A DNA stretch of 64,000 bases, taken from IMG/VR virus record IMGVR_UViG_3300037418_003103; one strand, 5' to 3'. Shown here one piece after another: positions 10,266 to 20,779 of this stretch. Each line of letters starts with the position of its first letter. Positions within the stretch are counted from its first letter, which is position 1. Made by a program: the position numbers and the translations under genes. A model generated the notes under the pieces. That model was not told the DNA's origin. It did no database searches and saw only the letters and a program-made list of their open reading frames with translations. Source of the DNA: a virus. Its lineage: Duplodnaviria > Heunggongvirae > Uroviricota > Caudoviricetes.

Positions 10266-11375
10266 TTAAATATCTTCCCGATTTGTTATATCGCCTTCTA
10301 TTGTTCCTTCTTCAGTAGTGAAATTCAGTTCGGTATCGTATGCTACATTAAGCGCATCATGGATGAATTGCCTATTTTGTTTCTTATATTCAGATAGTTC
10401 AGCAGGATTAACATATCCATGTGGTGTTGATGCTATTTCTCCGTTTCTTTCTATACCAGTAACATGATTTTTTTCACATCTTATTTTTACCTGAGTTCCA
10501 TATTGAAACTTCTGACCTAATGCTTCTGCATTTAATTTTGTTGTTCCATGAGTAAGTATTCCACCCATATGAACAATTATTCTTGAGTTAAAGAAAAAGA
10601 ACTCTCCACCTTTATGCTTAATTACCATTCCATTCATGCTATCAAGCCAAATTTTCTGAACCGCAATAAAGGTATTAGTGTAGGAAGAAGTAAGTGACCT
10701 TGAGCTAGGTACTTTAAAATTGACAATACCCTGGAAAACACCCATAGCACCTGCATTCCACATATTATTGCTTGCATTTGAAACAGCAGACTTGTAACAA
10801 TTAAGTGTTCCGATTGAATCCCAAAGGAAACACAGATCCCTTTGTAACACACCTTCTTCTTGTTTTTTAATCAAGTCACTAATATATAAAGCAACATCCT
10901 CAATAACTGGCTCGCCTCTTGTCGGTGATGCTGTCCATTTAGACGTACTATGATCATAATTTTTATACCTATCGTATAAATCATGATTTCTAATTAGAAT
11001 AAATCCGTCAGGTACCTCTTTTACTTCTCCTGTTTTTTCGTCTGTAATTGTTAAAAACTTGACGCCAACCTTTTTTGCGTGATCAGCATTCCAGTTTCCT
11101 TCTGTTTCAAACACAACTGGAAGATCTCCAACTTTTTGAGCGCCAGCTATTGCTTCATAAAAAGCTGTTGATTTACCCGTATTGCTGTATCCTCTTACAA
11201 GACTTACAAATCCACGAGGAAATCCTGGTAATTTTAAGGCGTCATGCCATGCTTTAGACAGCGGTATCCATGTTAATTCTTTATCTTCTGGCTCTTTATT
11301 CATCCCTTCTGTTTTCATGAAAGCATTTAGATCAAAGTCTTTTTTTTCAATTATTTTTTTTGGTTTAGAAGCCAT
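10266..11375 (-). CDS. RecA/UvsX-like recombinase
   Basis: GFPRG..SLVRGYSNTGKST Walker A, FETE, FLWDSIG Walker B, KGG, EKNHV. Confidence 0.85.
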   Translation of the reverse strand: MASKPKKIIEKKDFDLNAFMKTEGMNKEPEDKELTWIPLSKAWHDALKLPGFPRGFVSLVRGYSNTGKSTAFYEAIAGAQKVGDLPVVFETEGNWNADHAKKVGVKFLTITDEKTGEVKEVPDGFILIRNHDLYDRYKNYDHSTSKWTASPTRGEPVIEDVALYISDLIKKQEEGVLQRDLCFLWDSIGTLNCYKSAVSNASNNMWNAGAMGVFQGIVNFKVPSSRSLTSSYTNTFIAVQKIWLDSMNGMVIKHKGGEFFFFNSRIIVHMGGILTHGTTKLNAEALGQKFQYGTQVKIRCEKNHVTGIERNGEIASTPHGYVNPAELSEYKKQNRQFIHDALNVAYDTELNFTTEEGTIEGDITNREDI

Positions 11376-11394
11376 TATATTTTTATTTTAGAGT

Positions 11395-11429
11395 AAAAAA
11401 ATCCCACCACTTTTTGGGGGTGGGATTTT
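11395..11429 (-). terminator. Intrinsic terminator after SSB gene
   Basis: AAAATCCCACC...GGTGGGATTTT stem with a T-run on the minus strand. Confidence 0.75.
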
Positions 11430-11456
11430 AATTGTTATTTTTAATTACGTTCAGTT

Positions 11457-12353
11457 TTAGAATGGAAGATCATCGATTTCTTCTTGGCTGATAGTGGGTG
11501 TATAAATAGGTTGTGAAGCGGCTTGAATGTTAGGTTTAACATTAGCAACGCCAATGCTTAATTCTGCATCCAAATTATCACTTTTAATTTCTTTTGTTGC
11601 TTTTTTATCAACAAATTTTGATTGTTCCTTATCCCAATAAGGCACACCACCCTTAACAATAATTTCCAAATAATCATATGGCTTAATGCTATAAACATCC
11701 TGCCATGTCATTGGGTCATTTATCCATTCTTGGGCTTGTGCTGGATCAGCACTTAGAGGTGATGGATCAAAAGCAGCTATTTGCTGAACGAAAGGCCTTT
11801 TGTTTTGATCTCTAGCAATTGAGACTGATAAATCACGACCTTTTTCAGCACTTGTGATGTCTCTGGCCACACGCATTACACCAATGATTTTATCAAAAAT
11901 ACCTTGTTTACGATAATCATGATTAAATCTCCAGAATTTAGGGCCATCTTCTTCGTGATCACGGTCAATAACCTTAACAATATACATCTTTTTTTGTCCG
12001 TAACCATTAGCTAATTTTTTATCGCTTTCATTACCTGTTGCAAGTAACACTTGGCGCGCTTCACAAAAAGGACAATCAGTATCCTTTTCTGCCTTTAAAC
12101 ACGCGAATGTTTTCCATTGTCCCTCAACCTGGATCTTATGACCAATCATTTCAACCAATGGGGTTGACCCGTCTTCAGTTGGGATAATTCTGATGGTTTT
12201 TTGCGCTTCATTTTCTTTGGCTTCTAAGAATGTTCCAAAGTAATGTTTCTCGTCGTAGGCGACGGCATTTTCTTTTTTTGTGTAAGAATTTTTGCTGTTT
12301 TTTTCATATTGGGCTAGCATTTCAGCCACAACGTCTTTTTTTGTTGTTTCCAT
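11457..12353 (-). CDS. Single-stranded DNA-binding protein (T4 gp32-like)
   Basis: TIRIIP, H...C...DCPFCE Zn site, YIVKVIDRD, GRDL, acidic tail ending DDLPF. Confidence 0.85.
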   Translation of the reverse strand: METTKKDVVAEMLAQYEKNSKNSYTKKENAVAYDEKHYFGTFLEAKENEAQKTIRIIPTEDGSTPLVEMIGHKIQVEGQWKTFACLKAEKDTDCPFCEARQVLLATGNESDKKLANGYGQKKMYIVKVIDRDHEEDGPKFWRFNHDYRKQGIFDKIIGVMRVARDITSAEKGRDLSVSIARDQNKRPFVQQIAAFDPSPLSADPAQAQEWINDPMTWQDVYSIKPYDYLEIIVKGGVPYWDKEQSKFVDKKATKEIKSDNLDAELSIGVANVKPNIQAASQPIYTPTISQEEIDDLPF

Positions 12354-12549
12354 GTTTGTTTTTAATTATAATTTTTAACTATACACTATGTGTTATGTTG
12401 CCTTTGTAAAATGTTTATATTAATATAATAAAGAAAATTTAAAAATCAATTCTTTTTATACATTTTGTGTGGGAATTTTTATTTCTCATAGGTAAAACAA
12501 ACCTACTAAGATTATATCCAAAACACAACTTTTAAAAGAAAAAAATTTC

Positions 12550-12993
12550 TTAGTTTGAATAAATTAAATGTCCCAGCCAAACGAAAAAATCAGATATAGG
12601 ATACTTTATAGAGGTAAATTTTATAATGAGCGAAATGAATAACAATGCTCCCATACAATACCATTTATATTTCCCGAAATTCTTATCAAGGGTTGATGTT
12701 GTTCCATTATAAAAAGTGGATACATGCAAAGCAACTTTGTTGACACCTATTTCAAACCCTGGAATGCAAATAGCGGCAGCAAGTAGCACATCATACCACT
12801 CTTGCTTCCCAATCATCAAGGCGATCAGAAATGGTGTACTTCTTTGGAAAGCGCCGTATCCATGCCACCTACTCCTGGCGTGAGCCCAACCTGCTTTTTC
12901 ATCATCGAATTGTTTTTCTGTATACAATACTGAGGCTGCAGTAAATGCAAATGTTATTAAATAAAATAATACTGTTTGGGAGATTTCTGACAT
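12550..12993 (-). CDS. Hypothetical membrane protein
   Basis: 147 aa with several hydrophobic segments. Confidence 0.65.
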   Translation of the reverse strand: MSEISQTVLFYLITFAFTAASVLYTEKQFDDEKAGWAHARSRWHGYGAFQRSTPFLIALMIGKQEWYDVLLAAAICIPGFEIGVNKVALHVSTFYNGTTSTLDKNFGKYKWYCMGALLFISLIIKFTSIKYPISDFFVWLGHLIYSN

Positions 12994-13013
12994 TTAGTTT
13001 TGGTTTAACTTAT

Positions 13014-13271
13014 TTAGTTTATTGTGTCTACTATTAGATTAATGTACTTTTTAGCATTCAAAAGATGACGGCTTAGTTTATTGTCTTCTACTTCATTGAG
13101 GCGTTTATAAGTGAAATAGAATTGGTCTAACATATCTAGTTCGGCTTCTTCAATTGTAGCGCCTTGGGCATAAATATCAAGAAGTTCATTTTCAATGGAG
13201 TAGTATTTATTTTTTACTTCCTCCAGATTAAAATACAAGTCTCCGTTTTTATTATATATCCTCTTCCTCAT
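13014..13271 (-). CDS. Small protein, possible HicB-like (RNase H-like) fold
   Basis: YYSIENELLDIYAQGATIEEAELDM resembles the HicB '..sqGeT.eEA..n' motif; ATG at 13271 overlaps the upstream gene end. Confidence 0.45.
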   Translation of the reverse strand: MRKRIYNKNGDLYFNLEEVKNKYYSIENELLDIYAQGATIEEAELDMLDQFYFTYKRLNEVEDNKLSRHLLNAKKYINLIVDTIN

Positions 13272-13989
13272 ATTCATCTGAATCTGCATCAAACGATTTA
13301 CCAATGTTTGTTTCAATGTAATCGTTATCAACATCATCTTGAGTTAAAATGTATTCCTCTGGTTTATCGTTAATAACGTCATATTGACCCTCTTTTTCAC
13401 TCCAAAAATCTGTTAGTTTTATATTATATGGATAAGAAGATAACGATCTCATTTCTAATTTTTCAACTGGCGTTGGATTTCTCTTTATAACTTCTTTCTC
13501 TAAAGCATCGATCTTATCACTTAATTCAGACATTGAGCTAACTCTGTGTTCTAATTCGCCAAATTTACTCAGCAGCTCACTTGTTTTATGGTCTGCTGAT
13601 TCTGCTGCTTCTTTAGCTTCTTCACTTCCTTGAACCAGGGACGTTACGTCAATATCAACTTCATCACTTGCAGGCGCTTCAGTGGGCGCTGGTGCAGCAG
13701 AAGCATCGGATGGCACGGGAGTATTTGCCTGAGAATCGGCGTTTGTTGCGTCAAGTGGTGCCTCAGGTGAGTCCTGTGGTGTTTCACCTCCGTTAGATGT
13801 TTTTGAATCATCAACTCCTAATTCAGCACCAACCTCTTGCGTTGCAGAGTCAATATCTGAATTATCGCCCGATTCATCTTCATCGTCTTCGTCAATATTA
13901 TTAGGCTCACCTGTATAGAAGCTATATTCAGAAATCATCCTAAATTTCTTTAATTCTTCTGCGAGCAATTGCTTGTTTAGTTTTTTCAT
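13252..13989 (-). CDS. Acidic low-complexity hypothetical protein (possible virion/scaffold-like)
   Basis: 245 aa, D/E/A/P-rich middle, coiled coil, PTPVEKLEMRSLSSYPYN. Confidence 0.7.
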   Translation of the reverse strand: MKKLNKQLLAEELKKFRMISEYSFYTGEPNNIDEDDEDESGDNSDIDSATQEVGAELGVDDSKTSNGGETPQDSPEAPLDATNADSQANTPVPSDASAAPAPTEAPASDEVDIDVTSLVQGSEEAKEAAESADHKTSELLSKFGELEHRVSSMSELSDKIDALEKEVIKRNPTPVEKLEMRSLSSYPYNIKLTDFWSEKEGQYDVINDKPEEYILTQDDVDNDYIETNIGKSFDADSDEYEEEDI

Positions 13990-13993
13990 GGAT

Positions 13994-14167
13994 TTAAAAT
14001 AACAATTGTCTTCCGTCTTCTACGATTATTTTTTTATTTATGCGCTCAAGTAAACTTTTATCTGTTTTTATTTTGCATTCTTCAGAAGTACAAGTTTCCT
14101 CAGTCTCTTGATTGGTTTCGTCGATAAACTTATTAAGGACGACATCTAATTTTTTTTCTTTTTCCAT
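13994..14167 (-). CDS. Small hypothetical protein (57 aa)
   Basis: MEKEKKLDVVLNKFIDE...CTSEECKIKTDKSLLERINKKIIVEDGRQLLF; not in track; ATATTTAT motif upstream. Confidence 0.65.
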   Translation of the reverse strand: MEKEKKLDVVLNKFIDETNQETEETCTSEECKIKTDKSLLERINKKIIVEDGRQLLF

Positions 14168-14229
14168 TTAAATTGTTTTACAACTATAAATAAATATCTT
14201 AGATGTATAAAAAGTCCAGATAATAACAT

Positions 14230-14258
14230 AAAAAAAAGGATTCCTGTGGGAATCCTTT
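14230..14258 (-). terminator. Intrinsic terminator
   Basis: AAAGGATTCC-tgtg-GGAATCCTTT with an A-run (T-tail on the minus strand). Confidence 0.75.
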
Positions 14259-14319
14259 ATCTATGTTTAGTTACATTACTTAACGTAAGAGGCTTCACTA
14301 AACCTATATATTTAATTAA

Positions 14320-14916
14320 TTATTCTTGATTAAGAGAATATAGGAATGGAAGATATCGTAAACTATCATTGATCCTATCAAGATGTTTCTTATATTCTTT
14401 TTTTATTTCATCGCCAGAAAGAATAATGATACTCTTTTTTTTAATTTTTTCTAAAACTTTAATATGATTTAATTTCATATATTTTAATAAAAATAAATCA
14501 ATGCCTAATATTATATTATTAGAATAAACATAATACATATCATTATCCTCAAATGTATAAATTTTATTAAATGAATAAAATTTTCGAATACATTTTTTTA
14601 TCATTTTTTGTGAAAAATGAATTGGGTCTACAAAAATATATTCAATTTTTGATATTAACTCTTGATAGCAATAATTAATAAAAAAGAATAAATCCTCTTC
14701 ATGTGAGTCTCTTTTTTCCGATCTTTTAAATGTCCAGAATAATCTATTAGATATTTTTCTATTAGTTATGTCATAGTCAGGATATTTTTTTTCAACAAAA
14801 TCCCATCCAACAATTAATGTTGGGAAATTGTTATCTATTTCATCAATAGACTCAACAATGTTTAATTCAGTCGGCGCAATTATTTTACTTTCTGAAACTA
14901 TGTTGCCTATAATCAT
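14320..14916 (-). CDS. Hypothetical protein
   Basis: 198 aa ORF (PTLIVGW...LFWTF). Confidence 0.65.
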   Translation of the reverse strand: MIIGNIVSESKIIAPTELNIVESIDEIDNNFPTLIVGWDFVEKKYPDYDITNRKISNRLFWTFKRSEKRDSHEEDLFFFINYCYQELISKIEYIFVDPIHFSQKMIKKCIRKFYSFNKIYTFEDNDMYYVYSNNIILGIDLFLLKYMKLNHIKVLEKIKKKSIIILSGDEIKKEYKKHLDRINDSLRYLPFLYSLNQE

Positions 14917-14985
14917 TGTATTAAATTAAAAAGCGAATATAACATTTTTTATTAACAACCTCAAATATACTTAAAATATATTTGT

Positions 14986-16083
14986 TCACCAATACAAATC
15001 GCTATTAGGATCATTAAAATTGTCATAATAACTTTTGGCTTTTTCGCTTCTATTTGCTTGATGAAAAGTAGATTCACTTTTATATTTATCAAATCCTTGG
15101 TTACATCCGTAACACACCTCAAAATAACGCGCAAAGTTATATGCTGCCTTATAGGCACTTGTATCCGAATCACTTGATGCATACTTAATAAAAGTATCAA
15201 AATTAGGAGTCGTTAATAAATACTCTAATTGACTCTCAACAGTGCTACCTACCTTACTTAGGTCATACGATCCTTCGTTAAATTGGAGAAGACCGTAATC
15301 CCTAAGACCATTTGTGTCCTTTTGATTAACAATATTTGGGTTAAAGCTTCCGCCCGTTTCTTGGTCTATATTTCCCATAATGCCTGCCGTTAAGTTTTTA
15401 TTTAGTCCTTTTGCTTTAAAAAAATTTTTTACTCGTTTTTTATTTTCAACTGTCTCCGCACTTGTTAACTTTGCTTCTTTTAAGATTAACAAAATACCGT
15501 CACGCGATTTAAATTGTAACTTCTGTCCTTTATAGTATGCATTTCCAGTTTTTTTAACAAGTAGTTTATAATCCTTTGTATCAACTGAATCGTCTATATA
15601 ACCACCATTTGTTTTCATATCAAAAACTCTAACAGTATTGCTAACATTACCTCCGATTAAACTAGCAACATTACCAGTCACCTTGTAAATAAGATCTCCA
15701 TGCGAAGATATATAGTCTCCATCTCTACTCATAATTAAAATATCACCAACCTCAGCCTTGATTCCAAACCCAGCCTTTAAAGGAAATAGCTCATAGCCCT
15801 TCTCACCATTAAGAGCTGATGTAGCATAATCGTGGTGAGAGGCGCTTTTAGGAAAATCTGCATCGCCTCTAAGCATAAGATATGATACAAATACTGCACT
15901 CCATGGATCTTTATAACTTGCAATGCCAGGAACTTCTTTACGGTATTTATCTATAATTTCAGTGCCTTCAGCCTCCTTTATTTTTCCGTTATTCCAAACC
16001 TTAAACTCAGATTCAGCGGCTTTGGTGAGAGATATTGGATGTGGAAGAGTACTTCCCTCTATATTAATTGAATAATTGGGCAT
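14986..16083 (-). CDS. Virion-associated peptidoglycan hydrolase: DUF2272/CHAP-like domain plus phage tail lysozyme domain
   Basis: PWSAVFVSYLM...SASHHDY...HGDL...IGGNVSNTV, then AGIMGNIDQETGGSFNP...YGLLQF...AAYNFARYFE. Confidence 0.75.
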   Translation of the reverse strand: MPNYSINIEGSTLPHPISLTKAAESEFKVWNNGKIKEAEGTEIIDKYRKEVPGIASYKDPWSAVFVSYLMLRGDADFPKSASHHDYATSALNGEKGYELFPLKAGFGIKAEVGDILIMSRDGDYISSHGDLIYKVTGNVASLIGGNVSNTVRVFDMKTNGGYIDDSVDTKDYKLLVKKTGNAYYKGQKLQFKSRDGILLILKEAKLTSAETVENKKRVKNFFKAKGLNKNLTAGIMGNIDQETGGSFNPNIVNQKDTNGLRDYGLLQFNEGSYDLSKVGSTVESQLEYLLTTPNFDTFIKYASSDSDTSAYKAAYNFARYFEVCYGCNQGFDKYKSESTFHQANRSEKAKSYYDNFNDPNSDLYW

Positions 16084-19000
16084 TTGGTGGATTTTGAATT
16101 AAAAGGTTATGGTAATCATCAACATAATTTTTAGAAATAGGTGTTATACCAATTAATGCTGTTTTCTCATCGGCTTTACTTTTAAAATCGCCAAGAATAA
16201 CAGAATATAAGTGTTCTGCGGTTATAAGAGGGGTCTGAACAGCTCTAATTCTTACGCCTGTAAAAAATGTAGACATAAAATTTGGCTTTATGTTATGCCT
16301 AGTGCTGATAATTATATATGCCCCATGAAACATGGGTATGTTATTCAGTTGAAAATACATCATCGGCTGAATCATTGCGTTACCCAACATTTCAATCTCT
16401 GCCTTATAACTTCTAACGGAATAAACATTATAAAGATTCTGACCAGCCTGAGTCGCACTTAGCTGTGTTGCTTGTTTGCTTAAGTCGTCCATTATTTTTA
16501 AATGTTCTGCCGTCTCAGTAAATTCTGACTGGTCTAACTGAACATCCTTGAATATATTTTGATTTTGATGGCCATAATTTACAACAAAAGCAGCTCCAAG
16601 ATCTTTTGAAGATAATTTAGATGTGTTTGATGGATTTATAAAATCATTTGGTACTTTAGATGTAAAGTCAAATCCGTCATTAGGGTGATCATGATCCTCT
16701 CCAAAGTCTAATTTTGCGGATGGTTGTCCGATATACATACAAATAAATGATGGACCAGTATCTGCTATTTTCGAAGCTTCCATATAAGGGTATGGATGAA
16801 AGGCTGTTTTTAACTCCTCAGGACTCTTATAATTAATATATGATGGTAAAGGAATAAAATCCATATTATTGTCGTTGAGCAATTTTGCAAGAACTGTATA
16901 AAAGGACTGATCAGTACTTCCGATTAATAAATCGTTATACAGAAGAGGATTGATAAGTAATTCATCACCAATATCATTAAACGCTCTATTTATAAACTTG
17001 AAGCTATCAATAAGCCTAGGGCTTGCATCGCCACTTTTCACTTTTATTCTCTCGTCGGCATTAAATATAATTGTTTCTTTACTTGTGGAACCAGCAATCC
17101 ATTTATCATATATTGATTTTATATTTTTATAAATATTAAGCTTAATATCATCGTTCTCAGTGGTTCCAAATGTTGCTTTAACAAGTTCTTTGTTATCAAG
17201 ATTAAATGTTTTAAAAGTATCCGTAAATGTTTTAAGATATAAAAGCATGTTATTTTTAGATACTATTATTGGCGAGTATGCTGAATTACTCAATAAACTA
17301 TCTTCATTAATATAAAAACCTACAATGTTGTCAATTTGCTTAGAACCCCAAATATTCCATTGAGTGTTGCAAACCCATTTATAAGATGTATAAAGATTTT
17401 TTATTATTGCTTGGAAATCAGAGGTATCACTTATTTCAAGTGAAACAAGGTTAGAAAAATCACCCGCATTTATATAAAAATTATATGTTCCATAATTATT
17501 TAAATTAATAAATAATTTATTTATTTCACTTGTTTTTATAGAATAATTATTATTTACGGAATAACTATTTTCGGCTATTGTCTTGAACTTATTTACAAAA
17601 TCACTTCCATTTTCATTAGGTTGAATTATCTCTAATTCTTTTTTTATATTACTCCAATCAGCACTGCTCACGAATTTTTTAAAATCATTAATAAATTCTA
17701 GTTTTACTGATTCTGGAATATTATTAAGAATTGTTTCAATTTTAATGTACTTATCTCCTTCGCCGAAAGACATAGGCGCTGTACCATAATTAAAACTGAA
17801 TTGATTACCTTGTAAGGATAAATACTCATTAGTATCAGGTCCTTGATAGTTTTTACTTAACCCAGGTAAAAATGATTCTTCGTTATTAGTAAATTTTATT
17901 GGGTCATTCTTTTTCGTAAATTGTTTTCTCCATAATAAACCACCAATAAAGGCAGGCCACAAGTAAGGTACCTGAATAAATCCAGCCCTATAAGAAAATA
18001 AATTTATTATATCAAATCTATTAAAAATGCCATTTAAATAATTTGTATTACTAAACGTCCATTCTTTAGCATCATCTGTTAATCCATTCCACGGAAAAGT
18101 ATGTAAAAATAAAAAAGCTCTTCCTTCCAAACTTTGTTCATAATAAAATCTTGAGCCAAATAAACTTACAGGTATATATCCAGGCCCAATTGTATTATTC
18201 ATAAAAAATGAAACAAAACTATATACAGACTCTTCAGGATTAATAGCTAGTAACTGATTTCCTACGCCACGTTCGCCATGGACATTTGTTTGTGCTTCAT
18301 ATGTCTTAAGATACACATAACTACCTCCAACAGGCGCAACAATTACTGATGTCTCGTTTCCTATTTTTGGTACTACATTTTTTTTATTTCTTTTTAAAAC
18401 AAAACCATCAATAAAATTATTTCCATCTTTATAAAACATATAAAATAATGGTAGTTTACCAAAATTATTAAAACTTCCGCTCCAAACAACCTTACTAAAT
18501 TCCTGTATGTTATATGACCCGCCTAAAGCATTGAAACCTACTTTTTTAAAATCCTCATCAGAGTAATCTTCCAAATTCTTACTAATTTCGCTATAAATTA
18601 TTGGGGCAGCAGCTGATCCGTTCTCATTTTTATAGCTTTCCTTTTCAATAATTTTTAAGTACACCGCTCCGTCATCTGGCTTAGGGTGATTTGAGGCATT
18701 GAAATTAGAAAGCATTAAATTTCCTTTAATGACTGGCATTTTTTCCTCAAATCCTTTATTTATTAAAATAAATTTATGCGGATTATTAGAATTATTAACA
18801 TCTATATATTCTAAATAATCTCCTTTATCATTTAATATACTTTCTCCATTTATTTGTGCTGTTATAAAATTTTCAGGCGTCTTTATTCTTAACCCTCTTA
18901 AATTGTTATTATTAATACTATTAAGAGTATTATAAATATCGTTAGCTTCTGCCTCTGCATACGCACGTATTTCATCTCTAGTTAGTTTTCTATTTGAAAG

Positions 19001-20779
19001 AGATAAAAATGTAACAGCTCTAATAATAACTTCATTTACAATATTATTTGGCGTTGGGTTGGCAAGACGTTTATATGGGACTTCTAAGTTTGCATCAAGT
19101 AATTTTGTATCCAATGGATTGCACGGAAACCACGTGTCACCTCTCTCGCTTAACTGATTTAAAGTATCTTGTTCAACACCAGCTGTTTTAATCATTGCCT
19201 CGTACAAGTCTTCTACAAACTGTACCTCAGGCACTTGAGTCGGATCGCTTAAAACTCCCGCCGCGCCCAAATATTTTTCTACATCATTTTCGCTATACTC
19301 TGGCCAGGGATATATAACCGTGTCTGTCTTTACGTCTATTTTATTTGAACCACCATTGCTTTGAACAAACTTACGTAATTGTTCTCTTCTGGATGGGTCA
19401 TTATACTTAGCTGACACATCCCATATTGCACCTAAAAAAGCCTCAATATGAGCACAAAATAACTTTACCAAAAATCTTATTGTTGAGCTTATATGAAGTT
19501 CATTTTCCAATTTTTCTTTTAATTGAATCGCTACTACATCAGTTGTATCATTTTTATATGCAGTTACGTCGGAAGTTTTTTGATTAAGAATCAGAATAGC
19601 GGGATTTATATTAAAAACGTATATCATTCCATCATAAGCAATGCCCTCGCTTTTAATGGCTCTAATAATAGAAGCATCTGATAAGTCTTTTTCCATGGTG
19701 CTCAAACTAGTCTTTATTAAGAAGTTTGTGAACTTAGTCAAATTATCTCCCTTGATCACAAGAGTATCCTTACCAGATACCAATGAATTATATTCATTTA
19801 TAGCATTATTTATGCTTAACGAATAATCTGTTAGCATTTTTTGGGGTATATCAGATGCTTTTGCAACAATTACGCCTTTTATAGTATTATTTTGTAGAAG
19901 ATTTTTATCAAATGAGTCAATAAAATTATTAAGAACGATAGAAATGTTAGGTATATTTTTGGTTAAAATATTATCTATGGCACCAAGTTCCACAGCAGCT
20001 GGATTGTTATTACCTATACCATCAATAATTTTCTTAATACCGACTGATTTCTGTAACAATTCGTTAAGAGTCATCATTTCTGGATCAATAGCTTTTAAAG
20101 AATTTATGTAATCTTTACCAGCTTTCAATTCGCTCATCGCCTTTAAATAACCCACAAGCATATCACTTAGAATAGCATACGTATAGCCAACAAAATTGGC
20201 CGCTAATTCAAAATTACCAGTTTCAGAATTAAATTTTGAATTAATCTTCGTAAGATGGAGCATATATGTTACTGGTCTTCCGTAATAGCCCTTTATTTTA
20301 AGATTGAAGATTGGATACGGTAGCTTAAAAAAAACGCCAAATTTTCCCTTGGCACCATTTTGAAAAATAGAGCCTCCTTTCAGATCCACAAAATTTATAT
20401 TAATCATGGGAGCATATGAAGAACTAAAATTAATATCAATAGAGGTTATTCCTAAACCTTCTTCTATTTCATCAATATCTCCATTTAACTGAGTATAGCT
20501 AGTTGATAGATAGTTTCCGCCATTAATACTACTTCCAGAAATGAAACTTATAACACTATTAGTTCCCTCATTTGACAAACGATTGCCATCAGCATCTGTA
20601 ATTAATATACTTCTAGCCTTGCTCTTAGTTGTTAATTCAACAAGAATAGATAAATCTTCGGGAGATGGAGTAATATTATAACTCGGTGAGCCATAAGGTA
20701 CATTGGACTGGCCATGTAAATCATTTGGATCAACTAAAATAACTCTACTTGCATCACTACTTTTTTGCTTATCATCCAT
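16064..20779 (-). CDS. Large baseplate hub / tail-associated structural protein
   Basis: 1571 aa; LGITSIDINF...FFKLPYPIFNLKIKGYYG; C-terminal SYKAEIEMLGNAMIQPMMYFQL...GAYIIISTRHNI resembles gp27/gpD-type hub ends. Confidence 0.65.
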   Translation of the reverse strand: MDDKQKSSDASRVILVDPNDLHGQSNVPYGSPSYNITPSPEDLSILVELTTKSKARSILITDADGNRLSNEGTNSVISFISGSSINGGNYLSTSYTQLNGDIDEIEEGLGITSIDINFSSSYAPMININFVDLKGGSIFQNGAKGKFGVFFKLPYPIFNLKIKGYYGRPVTYMLHLTKINSKFNSETGNFELAANFVGYTYAILSDMLVGYLKAMSELKAGKDYINSLKAIDPEMMTLNELLQKSVGIKKIIDGIGNNNPAAVELGAIDNILTKNIPNISIVLNNFIDSFDKNLLQNNTIKGVIVAKASDIPQKMLTDYSLSINNAINEYNSLVSGKDTLVIKGDNLTKFTNFLIKTSLSTMEKDLSDASIIRAIKSEGIAYDGMIYVFNINPAILILNQKTSDVTAYKNDTTDVVAIQLKEKLENELHISSTIRFLVKLFCAHIEAFLGAIWDVSAKYNDPSRREQLRKFVQSNGGSNKIDVKTDTVIYPWPEYSENDVEKYLGAAGVLSDPTQVPEVQFVEDLYEAMIKTAGVEQDTLNQLSERGDTWFPCNPLDTKLLDANLEVPYKRLANPTPNNIVNEVIIRAVTFLSLSNRKLTRDEIRAYAEAEANDIYNTLNSINNNNLRGLRIKTPENFITAQINGESILNDKGDYLEYIDVNNSNNPHKFILINKGFEEKMPVIKGNLMLSNFNASNHPKPDDGAVYLKIIEKESYKNENGSAAAPIIYSEISKNLEDYSDEDFKKVGFNALGGSYNIQEFSKVVWSGSFNNFGKLPLFYMFYKDGNNFIDGFVLKRNKKNVVPKIGNETSVIVAPVGGSYVYLKTYEAQTNVHGERGVGNQLLAINPEESVYSFVSFFMNNTIGPGYIPVSLFGSRFYYEQSLEGRAFLFLHTFPWNGLTDDAKEWTFSNTNYLNGIFNRFDIINLFSYRAGFIQVPYLWPAFIGGLLWRKQFTKKNDPIKFTNNEESFLPGLSKNYQGPDTNEYLSLQGNQFSFNYGTAPMSFGEGDKYIKIETILNNIPESVKLEFINDFKKFVSSADWSNIKKELEIIQPNENGSDFVNKFKTIAENSYSVNNNYSIKTSEINKLFINLNNYGTYNFYINAGDFSNLVSLEISDTSDFQAIIKNLYTSYKWVCNTQWNIWGSKQIDNIVGFYINEDSLLSNSAYSPIIVSKNNMLLYLKTFTDTFKTFNLDNKELVKATFGTTENDDIKLNIYKNIKSIYDKWIAGSTSKETIIFNADERIKVKSGDASPRLIDSFKFINRAFNDIGDELLINPLLYNDLLIGSTDQSFYTVLAKLLNDNNMDFIPLPSYINYKSPEELKTAFHPYPYMEASKIADTGPSFICMYIGQPSAKLDFGEDHDHPNDGFDFTSKVPNDFINPSNTSKLSSKDLGAAFVVNYGHQNQNIFKDVQLDQSEFTETAEHLKIMDDLSKQATQLSATQAGQNLYNVYSVRSYKAEIEMLGNAMIQPMMYFQLNNIPMFHGAYIIISTRHNIKPNFMSTFFTGVRIRAVQTPLITAEHLYSVILGDFKSKADEKTALIGITPISKNYVDDYHNLLIQNPPNAQLFN

